Shown here: positions 1 to 8,407 of the stretch, piece by piece
How positions within the stretch are numbered: position 1 is the stretch's first letter
Layout of the letters: every line of letters starts with the position of its first letter
Assembly: GCA_964423645.1 (NCBI GenBank)
Contig: CAYRFE010000008.1
Coordinates: 37,333 to 101,332 of the forward strand
Source of the DNA: an uncultured bacterium
GTDB lineage: Bacteria > Macinerneyibacteriota > Macinerneyibacteria > Macinerneyibacteriales > CAYRFE01
Direction of reading: 5' to 3'
DNA: 64,000 nt
Notes under the pieces: model-generated
Seen by the model: the letters and a program-made list of their open reading frames with translations, nothing else
Told to the model about the DNA's origin: nothing
The model's database searches: none
Program-made: the position numbers and the translations under genes

Positions 1-1034
1 GCTTCGCGGATCTCAGGATACGTATCACCCATCTCATCAGCCACAACCACTGCAAGCTTATACATAAACGGTTCCGAGTAGCCCAAGATCTTTGCTTGCC
101 GCAATGCGCGACGAAGAATTCTTCTGATGACATACCCGCGCCCTTCATTGGATGGCGTCACACCGTCAGAGAACGCAAAAGTAACGGTACGTATATGATC
201 AGCTATGATATGAAAATGCGTCTCATTATTTTTTGTATACTTCACATTCAGAATTTTTTCGGTCGCTTGAATGATCGGTGTGAAAATATCAGTATAGAAA
301 TTATTGGTCACGCCTTGTAAAATGGATGCCAAGCGTTCCAAGCCCATGCCGGTGTCGATGTTCTTTTTTGAAAGCGGCACCAACGATCCGTCCGCTTGCA
401 TATCAAACTGCGTAAACACCAGATTCCAAAACTCAAGAAACCGATCACAGTCGCACCCCGGTTTACAATCGGGTGAACCGCATCCCATCTCTGGCCCCAA
501 GTCTACGTGTAATTCGGAACACGGTCCGCACGGGCCGGTCTCACCTGCAGGTCCCCAAAAATTGTCTTTCTTGCCGAGACGAACGATGCGCTCTTTAGGA
601 AGATATTTCGTCCACATCTCAAAAGCTTCATCATCATCAAGATACACGGTCGCCCAAATAGACGATGCATCTATCTTCAATATGCCAACAGAAAACTCCC
701 ATGCCCAGTCGATCGCTTCCTGTTTGAAATAATCACCGAATGAGAAATTACCGAGCATCTCAAAAAACGAGTGATGACGCGGTGTGCGCCCTACATTTTC
801 AAGATCGCTCTTTTTTCCGCCTGCACGAAGACACTTCTGACACGACGCTGAACGTGTGTACGGTAAGTGTGCGGTGTCTTTCGCCTGAAAAAATTCTTTA
901 AACTGCACCATTCCCGCAGAGGTAAAAAGAAGCGTCGGATCATCCTGCGGAATAATGGTTGATGACGGCACTATTTTATGTTGCTTCTGTTCGAAAAATT
1001 CAAGGAATTTTTTGCGTATTTCATTCGTTTTCAT
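1..1034 (-). CDS. alaS: Alanine--tRNA ligase, N-terminal part (runs off the window start)
   Basis: Manual translation from ATG at 1034: MKTNEIRKKFLEFFEQKQHKIVPSSTIIPQDDPTLLFTSAGMVQFK, the classic AlaRS N-terminus; GGAGG SD upstream. Confidence 0.97.
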   Translation of the reverse strand, partial: MKTNEIRKKFLEFFEQKQHKIVPSSTIIPQDDPTLLFTSAGMVQFKEFFQAKDTAHLPYTRSASCQKCLRAGGKKSDLENVGRTPRHHSFFEMLGNFSFGDYFKQEAIDWAWEFSVGILKIDASSIWATVYLDDDEAFEMWTKYLPKERIVRLGKKDNFWGPAGETGPCGPCSELHVDLGPEMGCGSPDCKPGCDCDRFLEFWNLVFTQFDMQADGSLVPLSKKNIDTGMGLERLASILQGVTNNFYTDIFTPIIQATEKILNVKYTKNNETHFHIIADHIRTVTFAFSDGVTPSNEGRGYVIRRILRRALRQAKILGYSEPFMYKLAVVVADEMGDTYPEIRE

Positions 1035-1063
1035 GATAGTCCTCCATATATCTTTTCGGGCAT

Positions 1064-1091
1064 ATTATAGCGAGTTGCGCGGTAAATGCAA
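1064..1091 (-). promoter_or_regulatory. Putative sigma70 promoter of alaS (TTGCAT-N16-TATAAT)
   Basis: Motifs read on the minus strand about 30 nt upstream of the ATG. Confidence 0.55.
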
Positions 1092-1178
1092 GTGTTGATA
1101 GAAAAAAAGCGGCGAAAGCTACTCGTATAGTTCCTGCAGTTATTACATCATTCTGTTTTCCGTCATTCCTTTGCCTTT

Positions 1179-1282
1179 GTGTCATTCCCGTGAAAGCAGG
1201 AATCCAGACGAAATTCCGATTTCCACTGGATTATCGGGGCTTGTAGGGACAGGCCTTGTGCCTGTCCTTCGATAATGACACA
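1179..1282. repeat. dRS3-like inverted-repeat element with a nested GTAG REP-like hairpin
   Basis: GTGTCATTCCCGTGAAAGCAGGAATCCAG...CTGGATTATCGG...CGATAATGACAC; GTAG-GGACAGGC-CTTGT-GCCTGTCC at 1243-1268 interrupts the right arm. Confidence 0.7.
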
Positions 1283-1317
1283 AATAGGCAATCAACTGAA
1301 ACAATCGCATAAAAATA

Positions 1318-2547
1318 TTATTTATAAATTTTTACTGATCGAAACAATATTTCCGATGACCCATACCATTTTTTTGCATAGTAAGATCCTTTATTATTTT
1401 TTAAATCGCTAAGGTAATTATTAACAGTTGTTTTGTAACGATATTTTTTACTATTATCAATTAGTAACCAGTGAAAATATACCCCAGGAGGAATATCATC
1501 TAAGTATATTTGAGGAATATAATTATATTTGGAAAATATTTCCTGAATTTTTATATAATCTGATTCATTTTTTAAAATAGCAAATGGAGGAAAAATATAT
1601 ACGGGAACTGATTTTTCTTTTATATTACGTGAAATTATTTCCTGTTCACTTATATTTAAATCTCTATAAAAACTATTAAAATATGTTCCAACAAAACACG
1701 GCCATTTATCACCTTTATTTATATTTTTTATAATTTCATTATAGTAATATGATTGATGCTCTTTAATAATATCCAATACCTTACTTATTTCTTCAGATCT
1801 TTCGTTAAAACAATAATACTTAAAATTTTCTAATTTAAAAAATTCCAATATATATTTTTTCTCTACATTGCTTATTTTATTTAATAATTTGCTTTCAAAA
1901 TCATCTCCTGATATACAATATTCCATAAAATACTGTGGCAGACCTGATGCTGCTTTTAACCTATTTTGGGGTTCAATTTGAATACTATATAATGAATCAT
2001 AAACACGCGATGGATAATATCTTTTATAAAAAGTAAAATCTTGATCTCCCGGATCAGCATAAACAAACTTTACTTTTGTTTTTTCATCAAATTTCCAATC
2101 TATTGCAAATGGAGCACCATAATATCCGGGGTCAATTTCTTCGCGGGATATTCTTAAGGAAATTACATCTGTATCCGGTATAATCATCTCAAAGCCAAAT
2201 CGTTTATCCCAATATTTTTTCAATCCTACCATAAACCCCTTCCATCCCCACCCTATTCTTCCATCTATCATTTTCACTTTTATCCATGCAGCGGTGATCT
2301 TCTCACCGTTGTAATCTACTGTAGATGTGTTTTTTGATGTCTCAATATACTCAACAGGTTCGCCAAGCTTGATAGTAGCAATGACTTTTCCATTCAGGTC
2401 GGGTGTTTCACGTATTCGCAATATATCCACAAAGGGAGTCCAAAGTTTTGTATCGGTAAGCTCGGCACCTTCGGGTATATCTATTTCACAAAAAGCTAAT
2501 GTCGCTATTCGGATAAACATTACTAGAATTAACGCTATTCTTTTCAT
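1318..2547 (-). CDS. Exported protein with N-terminal bacterial SH3 (SH3b) domain and AT-rich C-terminal region of unknown function
   Basis: Signal-peptide-like MKRIALILVMF; LRIRETPDLNGKVI...WIKVK...GRIGWGW matches the SH3b pattern; start placed at 2547 by SD AGGGGAG. Confidence 0.7.
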   Translation of the reverse strand: MKRIALILVMFIRIATLAFCEIDIPEGAELTDTKLWTPFVDILRIRETPDLNGKVIATIKLGEPVEYIETSKNTSTVDYNGEKITAAWIKVKMIDGRIGWGWKGFMVGLKKYWDKRFGFEMIIPDTDVISLRISREEIDPGYYGAPFAIDWKFDEKTKVKFVYADPGDQDFTFYKRYYPSRVYDSLYSIQIEPQNRLKAASGLPQYFMEYCISGDDFESKLLNKISNVEKKYILEFFKLENFKYYCFNERSEEISKVLDIIKEHQSYYYNEIIKNINKGDKWPCFVGTYFNSFYRDLNISEQEIISRNIKEKSVPVYIFPPFAILKNESDYIKIQEIFSKYNYIPQIYLDDIPPGVYFHWLLIDNSKKYRYKTTVNNYLSDLKNNKGSYYAKKWYGSSEILFRSVKIYK

Positions 2548-2594
2548 ATGCACTCCCCTTTTCAAATATGACACCAACGCGCTTCTATCAAATT

Positions 2595-3206
2595 TTAATC
2601 TATATCATATTCTTCATTGATCACATACTGAATTACATCCTTCACGTCCTCATACGAATACCCGCGAGAAAGACAGAACCGCATCAATTTTTCCGATGCA
2701 TTGGGTTTATCCTTCACCGTTTTCCACTTTTTACGCGCTAAAGTTTTCAGCATCTCCGTATCATCCGCACCGACGGTCTCGTCGATGATATCTCGCGGTA
2801 TACCTTTTTGTTGTAATTTTACGCGCAACAGACGCGCTCCGCACGAAGGATGCCCTGCAATAAAATCAAGCGCATATTGGTGATCATTAAGAAATTTATA
2901 GGCACAAAGACGCGTGATCTCTTCCTCAGCGGCTTTTTCAGAATACCCGAGCCCGAGAATATATTTTTTTGCATCAGCAACGGTTTTACGGTACCGTGAG
3001 AGATACCGAACCATCCGCGCGTGGAGTTTTTCGGTCACCTCACACGCACGGATCGCATCGCAATCTTCCTGTGTCAGTTCTTTATCGACGTATAATCGAA
3101 ACAGCGCGACGGTGTTCTGATCAAGTCCTTCAAAAAAGTCGCCGTCAATAAAACAATTATACCTCGTCGTATGTTTCTTCTGCGGCTCCAGACGGGTTAC
3201 TTTCAT
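2595..3206 (-). CDS. recX: Regulatory protein RecX
   Basis: Directly downstream of recA; RecX helical repeats ([13 protein letters not shown]-like [21 protein letters not shown]). Confidence 0.9.
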   Translation of the reverse strand: MKVTRLEPQKKHTTRYNCFIDGDFFEGLDQNTVALFRLYVDKELTQEDCDAIRACEVTEKLHARMVRYLSRYRKTVADAKKYILGLGYSEKAAEEEITRLCAYKFLNDHQYALDFIAGHPSCGARLLRVKLQQKGIPRDIIDETVGADDTEMLKTLARKKWKTVKDKPNASEKLMRFCLSRGYSYEDVKDVIQYVINEEYDID

Positions 3207-4203
3207 CGATTTCGTTCCTATTCATCCAATCACGGACTTTTAACTCGATCTCTTCACGCATTTTCGGGTTATCTTTCAGATATTGAATAATGACCGGCTT
3301 CCCTTGCCCCAAACGCATCGTGTTGTAAGAATACCACGAACCGCTTTTTTCAAGTATTTCCGCCTGTGTGGCAAGATCAACGATCTCGTTCACACGAGAA
3401 ATACCTTCACCATAAATAATATCCACCACAACAGCGCGGAAGGGTGGCGCAAGTTTATTTTTCACAACTTTGATCTTCGTCTCGTTACCGATACTGTCGG
3501 CACCGGTTTTCAGCTGATTACCGCGACGAATATCCATACGCAGCGATGCATAAAACTTCAATGCGTTACCGCCGGTAGTCGTTTCGGGGTTACCGAACAT
3601 GACACCGATCTTCATGCGGATCTGATTGAGGAAAATGAGCGCGGTGTTGGTCTTGCTCAATACGCCGGTGAGCTTGCGTAATGCTTGGCTCATCAAACGC
3701 GCCTGCAGTCCCATATGACTGTCGCCCATTTCGCCTTCGATCTCGGCACGCGGTGTCAGCGCCGCGACAGAGTCAACGACAATAACATCGATCGCCGCAC
3801 TTCGTACGAGTGTCTCGACGATATCAAGTGCCTGTTCGCCATTATCCGGTTGTGAAACCAGCAAATTGTCGATATCGACCCCGAGTTTTTTGGCGTAGAT
3901 CGGATCTAACGCATGTTCTGCATCAATAAAAGCGGCGACGCCGCCAAGTTTCTGAGCCTCTGCAATAATATGCAATGCCAACGTTGTTTTACCCGAAGAT
4001 TCCGGCCCGTAAATTTCGGTGACTCTTCCGCGAGGAATACCGTTGATACCGGTCGCATAATCAACTTTTAAAGAACCGGTCGGAATAACCCCTACGTCGA
4101 GATGAAAATCTCCGCCGAGTTTCATGATCGCACCTTTACCGTAATCCTTTTCTATTTGCTGCATTGCTTTTTGAAGCATTTTCTCTTTCATCTCGTCTGC
4201 CAT
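3157..4203 (-). CDS. recA: Recombinase RecA
   Basis: GPESSGKTT Walker [28 protein letters not shown] motifs. Confidence 0.99.
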   Translation of the reverse strand: MADEMKEKMLQKAMQQIEKDYGKGAIMKLGGDFHLDVGVIPTGSLKVDYATGINGIPRGRVTEIYGPESSGKTTLALHIIAEAQKLGGVAAFIDAEHALDPIYAKKLGVDIDNLLVSQPDNGEQALDIVETLVRSAAIDVIVVDSVAALTPRAEIEGEMGDSHMGLQARLMSQALRKLTGVLSKTNTALIFLNQIRMKIGVMFGNPETTTGGNALKFYASLRMDIRRGNQLKTGADSIGNETKIKVVKNKLAPPFRAVVVDIIYGEGISRVNEIVDLATQAEILEKSGSWYSYNTMRLGQGKPVIIQYLKDNPKMREEIELKVRDWMNRNEIDESNPSGAAEETYDEV

Positions 4204-4227
4204 CGCATAACCTCCGTTTTTGAGATT

Positions 4228-4255
4228 AGTATAGCAAAAAAATTCAATTTGACAA
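4228..4255 (-). promoter_or_regulatory. Putative recA promoter (TTGTCA-N16-TATACT, extended -10 TG)
   Basis: Read on the minus strand; GGAGG SD follows. Confidence 0.6.
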
Positions 4256-4265
4256 TGAATAAGTT

Positions 4266-4427
4266 AAGCCCTTTGCAAAACTACCGTTTTTTGAATGTGT
4301 GCCCACCCCAAACCCCTCCCGTGAAAATCGGGAGGGGTTTAAATTATTATATAATGGGAACTTCGTCCCCACACCCCTTTTTAGAAAATAAAGATAATTT
4401 AGAAAATTTTAATTTTGCAAATATCTA
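4266..4427 (+). mobile_element. MITE copy A (short form, no REP cargo)
   Basis: Ends CCTTTGCAAAA / TTTTGCAAATATCT; shares TGTGCCCACCCCAAACCCCTCCCGTGAAAATCGG and ACTTCGTCCCCACACCCC blocks with copies B-E. Confidence 0.75.
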
Positions 4428-4498
4428 AAGTTGCTTTTGTTGCTATAAAAGTGACAGCATTTTCATCGCACGATAGTAATGTGTCCGAAAAATCCGTG

Positions 4499-5176
4499 TC
4501 AACACGGCGGGTATACGATAAGATAATAGATTGCCAGAAAGTGAGAAATACTTCCACCAAGAACAAATATGTGCCAGATTACATGATTATACCGAATAGA
4601 ACGTTTAAGATAAAAAATGGTACCTACCGAGTAAAACAATCCGCCTACAAATAACATCACAAGACTGATTGCGCTCAAATTAATATATAGCGGCTTTATG
4701 GCAATGACAATAAGCCAACCCATAAGTAAATATAAAATCGTTGAAATAACACGGAATCGTTTCACGAGAAATACTTTAAATACGATTCCTCCCAATGCGA
4801 TTGACCATACGACGATGAAAATTGTCCACCCCATTACACCGCGCACGACGAGTAGCACAAATGGTGTATATGATCCTGCAATCAGCGCATAAATTGCTGC
4901 ATGATCGCAAATCTCCAAGACATTTTTTGCTTTCCCGTCTAAAAACCCGTGATACAAGGTTGATGCCGCATACAACACTATCAGGGAAATCCCATACATA
5001 TTAAAGCTGATCCTATAGAGAACATTCTCAATGGCAACTCCATTCACAATAAGCACGATATACGCTATGACAGAAAAGATAAAACCGATCCCATGCGTGA
5101 GCGCATGTAGAAATTCTTCTTTTCTTGAGAAATGCGGTTCACCTGTTTTTACGAGTTCTGTTTCGATACGTGTCAT
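4499..5176 (-). CDS. Hemolysin III / PAQR family membrane protein
   Basis: EEFLHALTHGIG, STLYH, DHAAIYALIAGSYTPF, HVIWHIFVLGG motifs. Confidence 0.95.
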   Translation of the reverse strand: MTRIETELVKTGEPHFSRKEEFLHALTHGIGFIFSVIAYIVLIVNGVAIENVLYRISFNMYGISLIVLYAASTLYHGFLDGKAKNVLEICDHAAIYALIAGSYTPFVLLVVRGVMGWTIFIVVWSIALGGIVFKVFLVKRFRVISTILYLLMGWLIVIAIKPLYINLSAISLVMLFVGGLFYSVGTIFYLKRSIRYNHVIWHIFVLGGSISHFLAIYYLIVYPPC

Positions 5177-5314
5177 CTCCGTTCATGACGACAGTATAAC
5201 GAAAGTAAGAATTTTTTCAATGTAAAATCATGTGCCACACACTAATAACGAGTAAGAAACACCTGACAAGAAAACCATTTGTCGATCCTACACATGCGGC
5301 GTTTGTTTGAAAAC

Positions 5315-5343
5315 TTGCACGCAAGAATATTTTCCGCTATACT
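5315..5343 (+). promoter_or_regulatory. Putative promoter TTGCAC-N17-TATACT, 6 nt before the ATG (leaderless geometry)
   Basis: Direct reading; no SD between the -10 box and ATG 5350. Confidence 0.65.
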
Positions 5344-5349
5344 CCACAC

Positions 5350-6162
5350 ATGAGTATGCCTAAATCCCTTCGTACACAATTATACCGTATTATTTTTGAA
5401 TCAGACACGAAGGCCGGAAGGACATTTGATTTAGCATTGATCGTATGCATTTCTCTCAGTGTTTTAACCGTAATACTTGAAAGTATCCCTTCTTTTTCAA
5501 CACAGTTTCAAACAGAATTTTTATACGCAGAATGGTTCTGGGTCACGTTGTTCGGTATTGAATATATGCTCAGGATATACTCGGCAAAAAGCCCTCGTAC
5601 ATATATTTTCAGTTTTTATGGTCTTATCGATTTACTTGCCATACTTCCGTCCATTGCCGGCATATTCTTCGTCGGTATTCACATGTTTCTAGTTCTACGC
5701 GTTCTTCGTCTTTTTCGAATACTTCGTATTTTTAAACTTGGGAAATTTTTGTATCAAACGCGAATCATCGTTGAATCGCTTCGTGCAAGCAAAGAAAAAA
5801 TAGGCGTTTTTTTATTTGCAGTAATTCTATTGGTGCTTTGCATGGGCACAGTTATGTACCAGATCGAAGGCGCTATCAACGAAGGCTTCAACAGTATCCC
5901 CAAAAGTATTTATTGGTGTATCGTCACGTTGACAACGGTTGGCTATGGCGATATAGCTCCGATCACGACGCTCGGGCGTTTTTTAGCAAGTGCATTGATG
6001 ATCACCGGTTATGCGATCATCGCAGTTCCTACCGGGATTGTATCGGTAGAAATGGCAAAACAAGCGCAGAGCAACACAACATCCGTTATATGCTCGAAAT
6101 GCAAAAAAGCGAACCACGAACAAGGCGCAGTTTACTGCAACACCTGTGGTAAAAAACTCTAA
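5350..6162 (+). CDS. Voltage-gated potassium channel-like ion transporter with C-terminal zinc ribbon
   Basis: S4 segment LRVLRLFRILRIFKL, selectivity filter TVGYGD, C-terminal CxxC...CxxC. Confidence 0.95.
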   Translation: MSMPKSLRTQLYRIIFESDTKAGRTFDLALIVCISLSVLTVILESIPSFSTQFQTEFLYAEWFWVTLFGIEYMLRIYSAKSPRTYIFSFYGLIDLLAILPSIAGIFFVGIHMFLVLRVLRLFRILRIFKLGKFLYQTRIIVESLRASKEKIGVFLFAVILLVLCMGTVMYQIEGAINEGFNSIPKSIYWCIVTLTTVGYGDIAPITTLGRFLASALMITGYAIIAVPTGIVSVEMAKQAQSNTTSVICSKCKKANHEQGAVYCNTCGKKL

Positions 6163-6166
6163 CAAT

Positions 6167-6192
6167 GAAAAAGGGCGCTTTCGCGCCCTTAA
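6167..6192. terminator. Bidirectional intrinsic terminator between convergent genes
   Basis: AAAAAGGGCGC-TTTC-GCGCCCTT hairpin. Confidence 0.7.
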
Positions 6193-6215
6193 AGAATCTT
6201 ATTAAACTAATTCAA

Positions 6216-6830
6216 TTAAAACATGAAGCCGACGGTCGCATAAAGTGTACGAAGCTGAACTGCATCACCTTCATTATCTTTCACAATGTCAGTCAGACCG
6301 TGATTGTAACGAGCATCAAATACAAGTTTGCTAACCTTAACTTGAACACCCATAATAGCACCCATTTCAGTTGAACTTGTGAAATCTTTCATATCCATAG
6401 ATTCAACTTCGTCGCCATCAACTTCTACTATAGCTTCAGCTGTCACAAGGAAACCCATACTTAGTCCGCCATATACCTTCATCATCGGTAAAAGGCTTAA
6501 TTTTGCCATTACCGGAACTTCGATATAATCCGCTTTCATAATATAGTCAACGTCACCCTCTTCATAGCTCCATGTGTATTTTTCGCCTTTTTGGGTATAC
6601 AGTACTTCCGCACCTAAAGAAAGCGGGCCAAGAGGAAGTTCCATCATGATACCACCGGTGAGGCCTAAACGAAACGGGTTACTTTCATCAACCCACGGCG
6701 GTTGAGTTTCTTCGCCATACACAATATTACCCATGGTCAATCCAGCCTTGATACCAAACTCAGGACCGATAGCGTTCACGGAAAACACAGCAACTAAAGC
6801 TACCAACAACACAACTAAAACTTTTTTCAT
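6216..6830 (-). CDS. Outer-membrane beta-barrel protein (PorT/OMP_b-brl_2-like), array copy 1
   Basis: Signal peptide, FGIKAG, YTQKG, LDYIEVP-type, DARYNxGLTDI motifs, terminal Phe. Confidence 0.85.
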   Translation of the reverse strand: MKKVLVVLLVALVAVFSVNAIGPEFGIKAGLTMGNIVYGEETQPPWVDESNPFRLGLTGGIMMELPLGPLSLGAEVLYTQKGEKYTWSYEEGDVDYIMKADYIEVPVMAKLSLLPMMKVYGGLSMGFLVTAEAIVEVDGDEVESMDMKDFTSSTEMGAIMGVQVKVSKLVFDARYNHGLTDIVKDNEGDAVQLRTLYATVGFMF

Positions 6831-6890
6831 ACAGTCACCTCCGTTTTTCATACATAAATATATACCCACATCGCAATATTTTCAAGGTAC

Positions 6891-6918
6891 AAAAAAAGGG
6901 GCGATCTCTCGCCCCTTT
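6891..6918 (-). terminator. Intrinsic terminator of porin copy 2 (repeated at ~7625-7652 for copy 3)
   Basis: AAAGGGGCGA-TCTC-TCGCCCCTTT with U-tract on the minus strand. Confidence 0.8.
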
Positions 6919-6940
6919 ACTTAAGTTTTTACAGAGTCAA

Positions 6941-7564
6941 TTAAAACATGAAGCCGACGGTAGCATAAAGAGTGCTTAGTTTTACTGCATCGCCTTCATT
7001 ATCTTTCATGATGTCAGTCAAACCCATGTTGTAGCGAGCATCAAATACGAGTTTGCTGATCTTTACTTGTGCTCCAAATATTGCACCCATTTCTGTTGAA
7101 TTCATGAAATCTTTCATGTCGGCAGATGCTACTTCTGTATCATTGATCTCAGAAACCATTTCAGCAGAAACTAAGAATCCAAAACTTACGCCACCATAAA
7201 ACTTTACCAATGGCAAAAGACTCAATTTAGCCATAACAGGAACTTCGATGTAATCGAGTTTCGCAGTTACTGATACAGGAACAGCTGCGAGATAATTATT
7301 CGCAAATGTATCGAACTTCTCACCTTTTTGAGTATAAAGAAGTTCAGCACCCAAAGACAACGGACCCATAGGCATTTCCATCATAATACCACCGGTTAAT
7401 CCTGCACGAAACATATCCGTGTCAAAATCTTGCGGTGCGTTATCATCACCATACACAATATTACCCATGGTCAATCCAGCCTTGATACCAAACTCAGGAC
7501 CGATAGCGTTCACGGAAAACACAGCAACTAAAGCCACCAACAACACAACCAACATTTTTTTCAT
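6941..7564 (-). CDS. Outer-membrane beta-barrel protein, array copy 2
   Basis: Paralog of copy 1 with the same conserved motifs and different loops. Confidence 0.85.
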   Translation of the reverse strand: MKKMLVVLLVALVAVFSVNAIGPEFGIKAGLTMGNIVYGDDNAPQDFDTDMFRAGLTGGIMMEMPMGPLSLGAELLYTQKGEKFDTFANNYLAAVPVSVTAKLDYIEVPVMAKLSLLPLVKFYGGVSFGFLVSAEMVSEINDTEVASADMKDFMNSTEMGAIFGAQVKISKLVFDARYNMGLTDIMKDNEGDAVKLSTLYATVGFMF

Positions 7565-7674
7565 ACAGTCACCTCCGTTTTTCATACATAAATATATACC
7601 CATATCGCAATATTTTCAAGGTACAAAAAAAGGGGCGATCTCTCGCCCCTTTGCGTAAGTATTTAGAGAGTCAA

Positions 7675-8283
7675 TTAAAACATGAAGCCGACGGTAGCAT
7701 ATAAAGTGCGCAAATTAACTGCATCGCCTTCATTATCTTTCATGATATCGGTAAGACCATGATTATAGCGCGCATCGAGTACGAGTTTGCTGATCTTTAC
7801 CTGCACACCCATGATAGCGCCCATTTCTGTTGTATTTATGAAATCTTTCAAGTCCATTGAGTCTACTTCTTCACCATCGATTTCAACAATTTCTTCAGCA
7901 GTTGTTAAAAAACCAAAACTTACTCCGCCGTATACTTTTACTATAGGAAGAAGATTCAATTTTGCCATTACAGGAACTTCGATATAATCGAGTTTGAGGT
8001 TTATCAATAAATCGCCCTCTTCTTCAAAAGTGTATTTCTCGCCCTTTTGAGTATACAACACTTCGGCGCCAAGTGAAATCGGACCCATAGGCATTTCCAT
8101 CATGATACCACCGGTCAAACCGAATTTCAATGGGTTGTCGAGACCTTCGAAATCACCATTCTCTTCACCCCATACTACATTACCCAATACTAATCCGCCC
8201 TTGATACCAAACTCAGGACCCATAGCATTCACAGAAAACACAGCAACTAAAGCCACCAACAACACAACCAACATTTTTTTCAT
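7675..8283 (-). CDS. Outer-membrane beta-barrel protein, array copy 3
   Basis: Paralog of copies 1 and 2. Confidence 0.85.
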   Translation of the reverse strand: MKKMLVVLLVALVAVFSVNAMGPEFGIKGGLVLGNVVWGEENGDFEGLDNPLKFGLTGGIMMEMPMGPISLGAEVLYTQKGEKYTFEEEGDLLINLKLDYIEVPVMAKLNLLPIVKVYGGVSFGFLTTAEEIVEIDGEEVDSMDLKDFINTTEMGAIMGVQVKISKLVLDARYNHGLTDIMKDNEGDAVNLRTLYATVGFMF

Positions 8284-8360
8284 ACGGTCACCTCCGTTTT
8301 TCATACACAAATATACACCCGTACGACCTATTTTTCAAGGCAAAAACAAAATTGATACAT

Positions 8361-8386
8361 AAAAAAAGCCGCCCGAAGGCGGCTTC
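8361..8386 (-). terminator. Intrinsic terminator downstream of the 497-aa OMP
   Basis: AAGCCGCC-CGAA-GGCGGCTT with U-tract on the minus strand. Confidence 0.8.
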
Positions 8387-8407
8387 CGAAAAAAAGATTC
8401 TATACAA

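Larger units (their letters stand above)
6715..7700. repeat. ~250-bp near-identical direct repeat (6715-6966 and 7449-7700; constant offset 734)
   Basis: Covers the 3' end of one porin, its terminator, the next promoter/SD and about 38 codons of the next porin; no indels between copies. Confidence 0.9.

Noticed and set aside
304-732. Numerous antisense ORFs in the track (for example 304-732, 3283-3681, 13813-14535, 38605-39192)
   Set aside because: They are shadows of well-supported genes on the opposite strand, with no SD or motif support.
6216-8283. Porin array as a DGR or invertase-driven shufflon
   Set aside because: No reverse transcriptase, no adenine-specific TR/VR pair, no recombinase and no inverted recombination sites; all copies have the same orientation.
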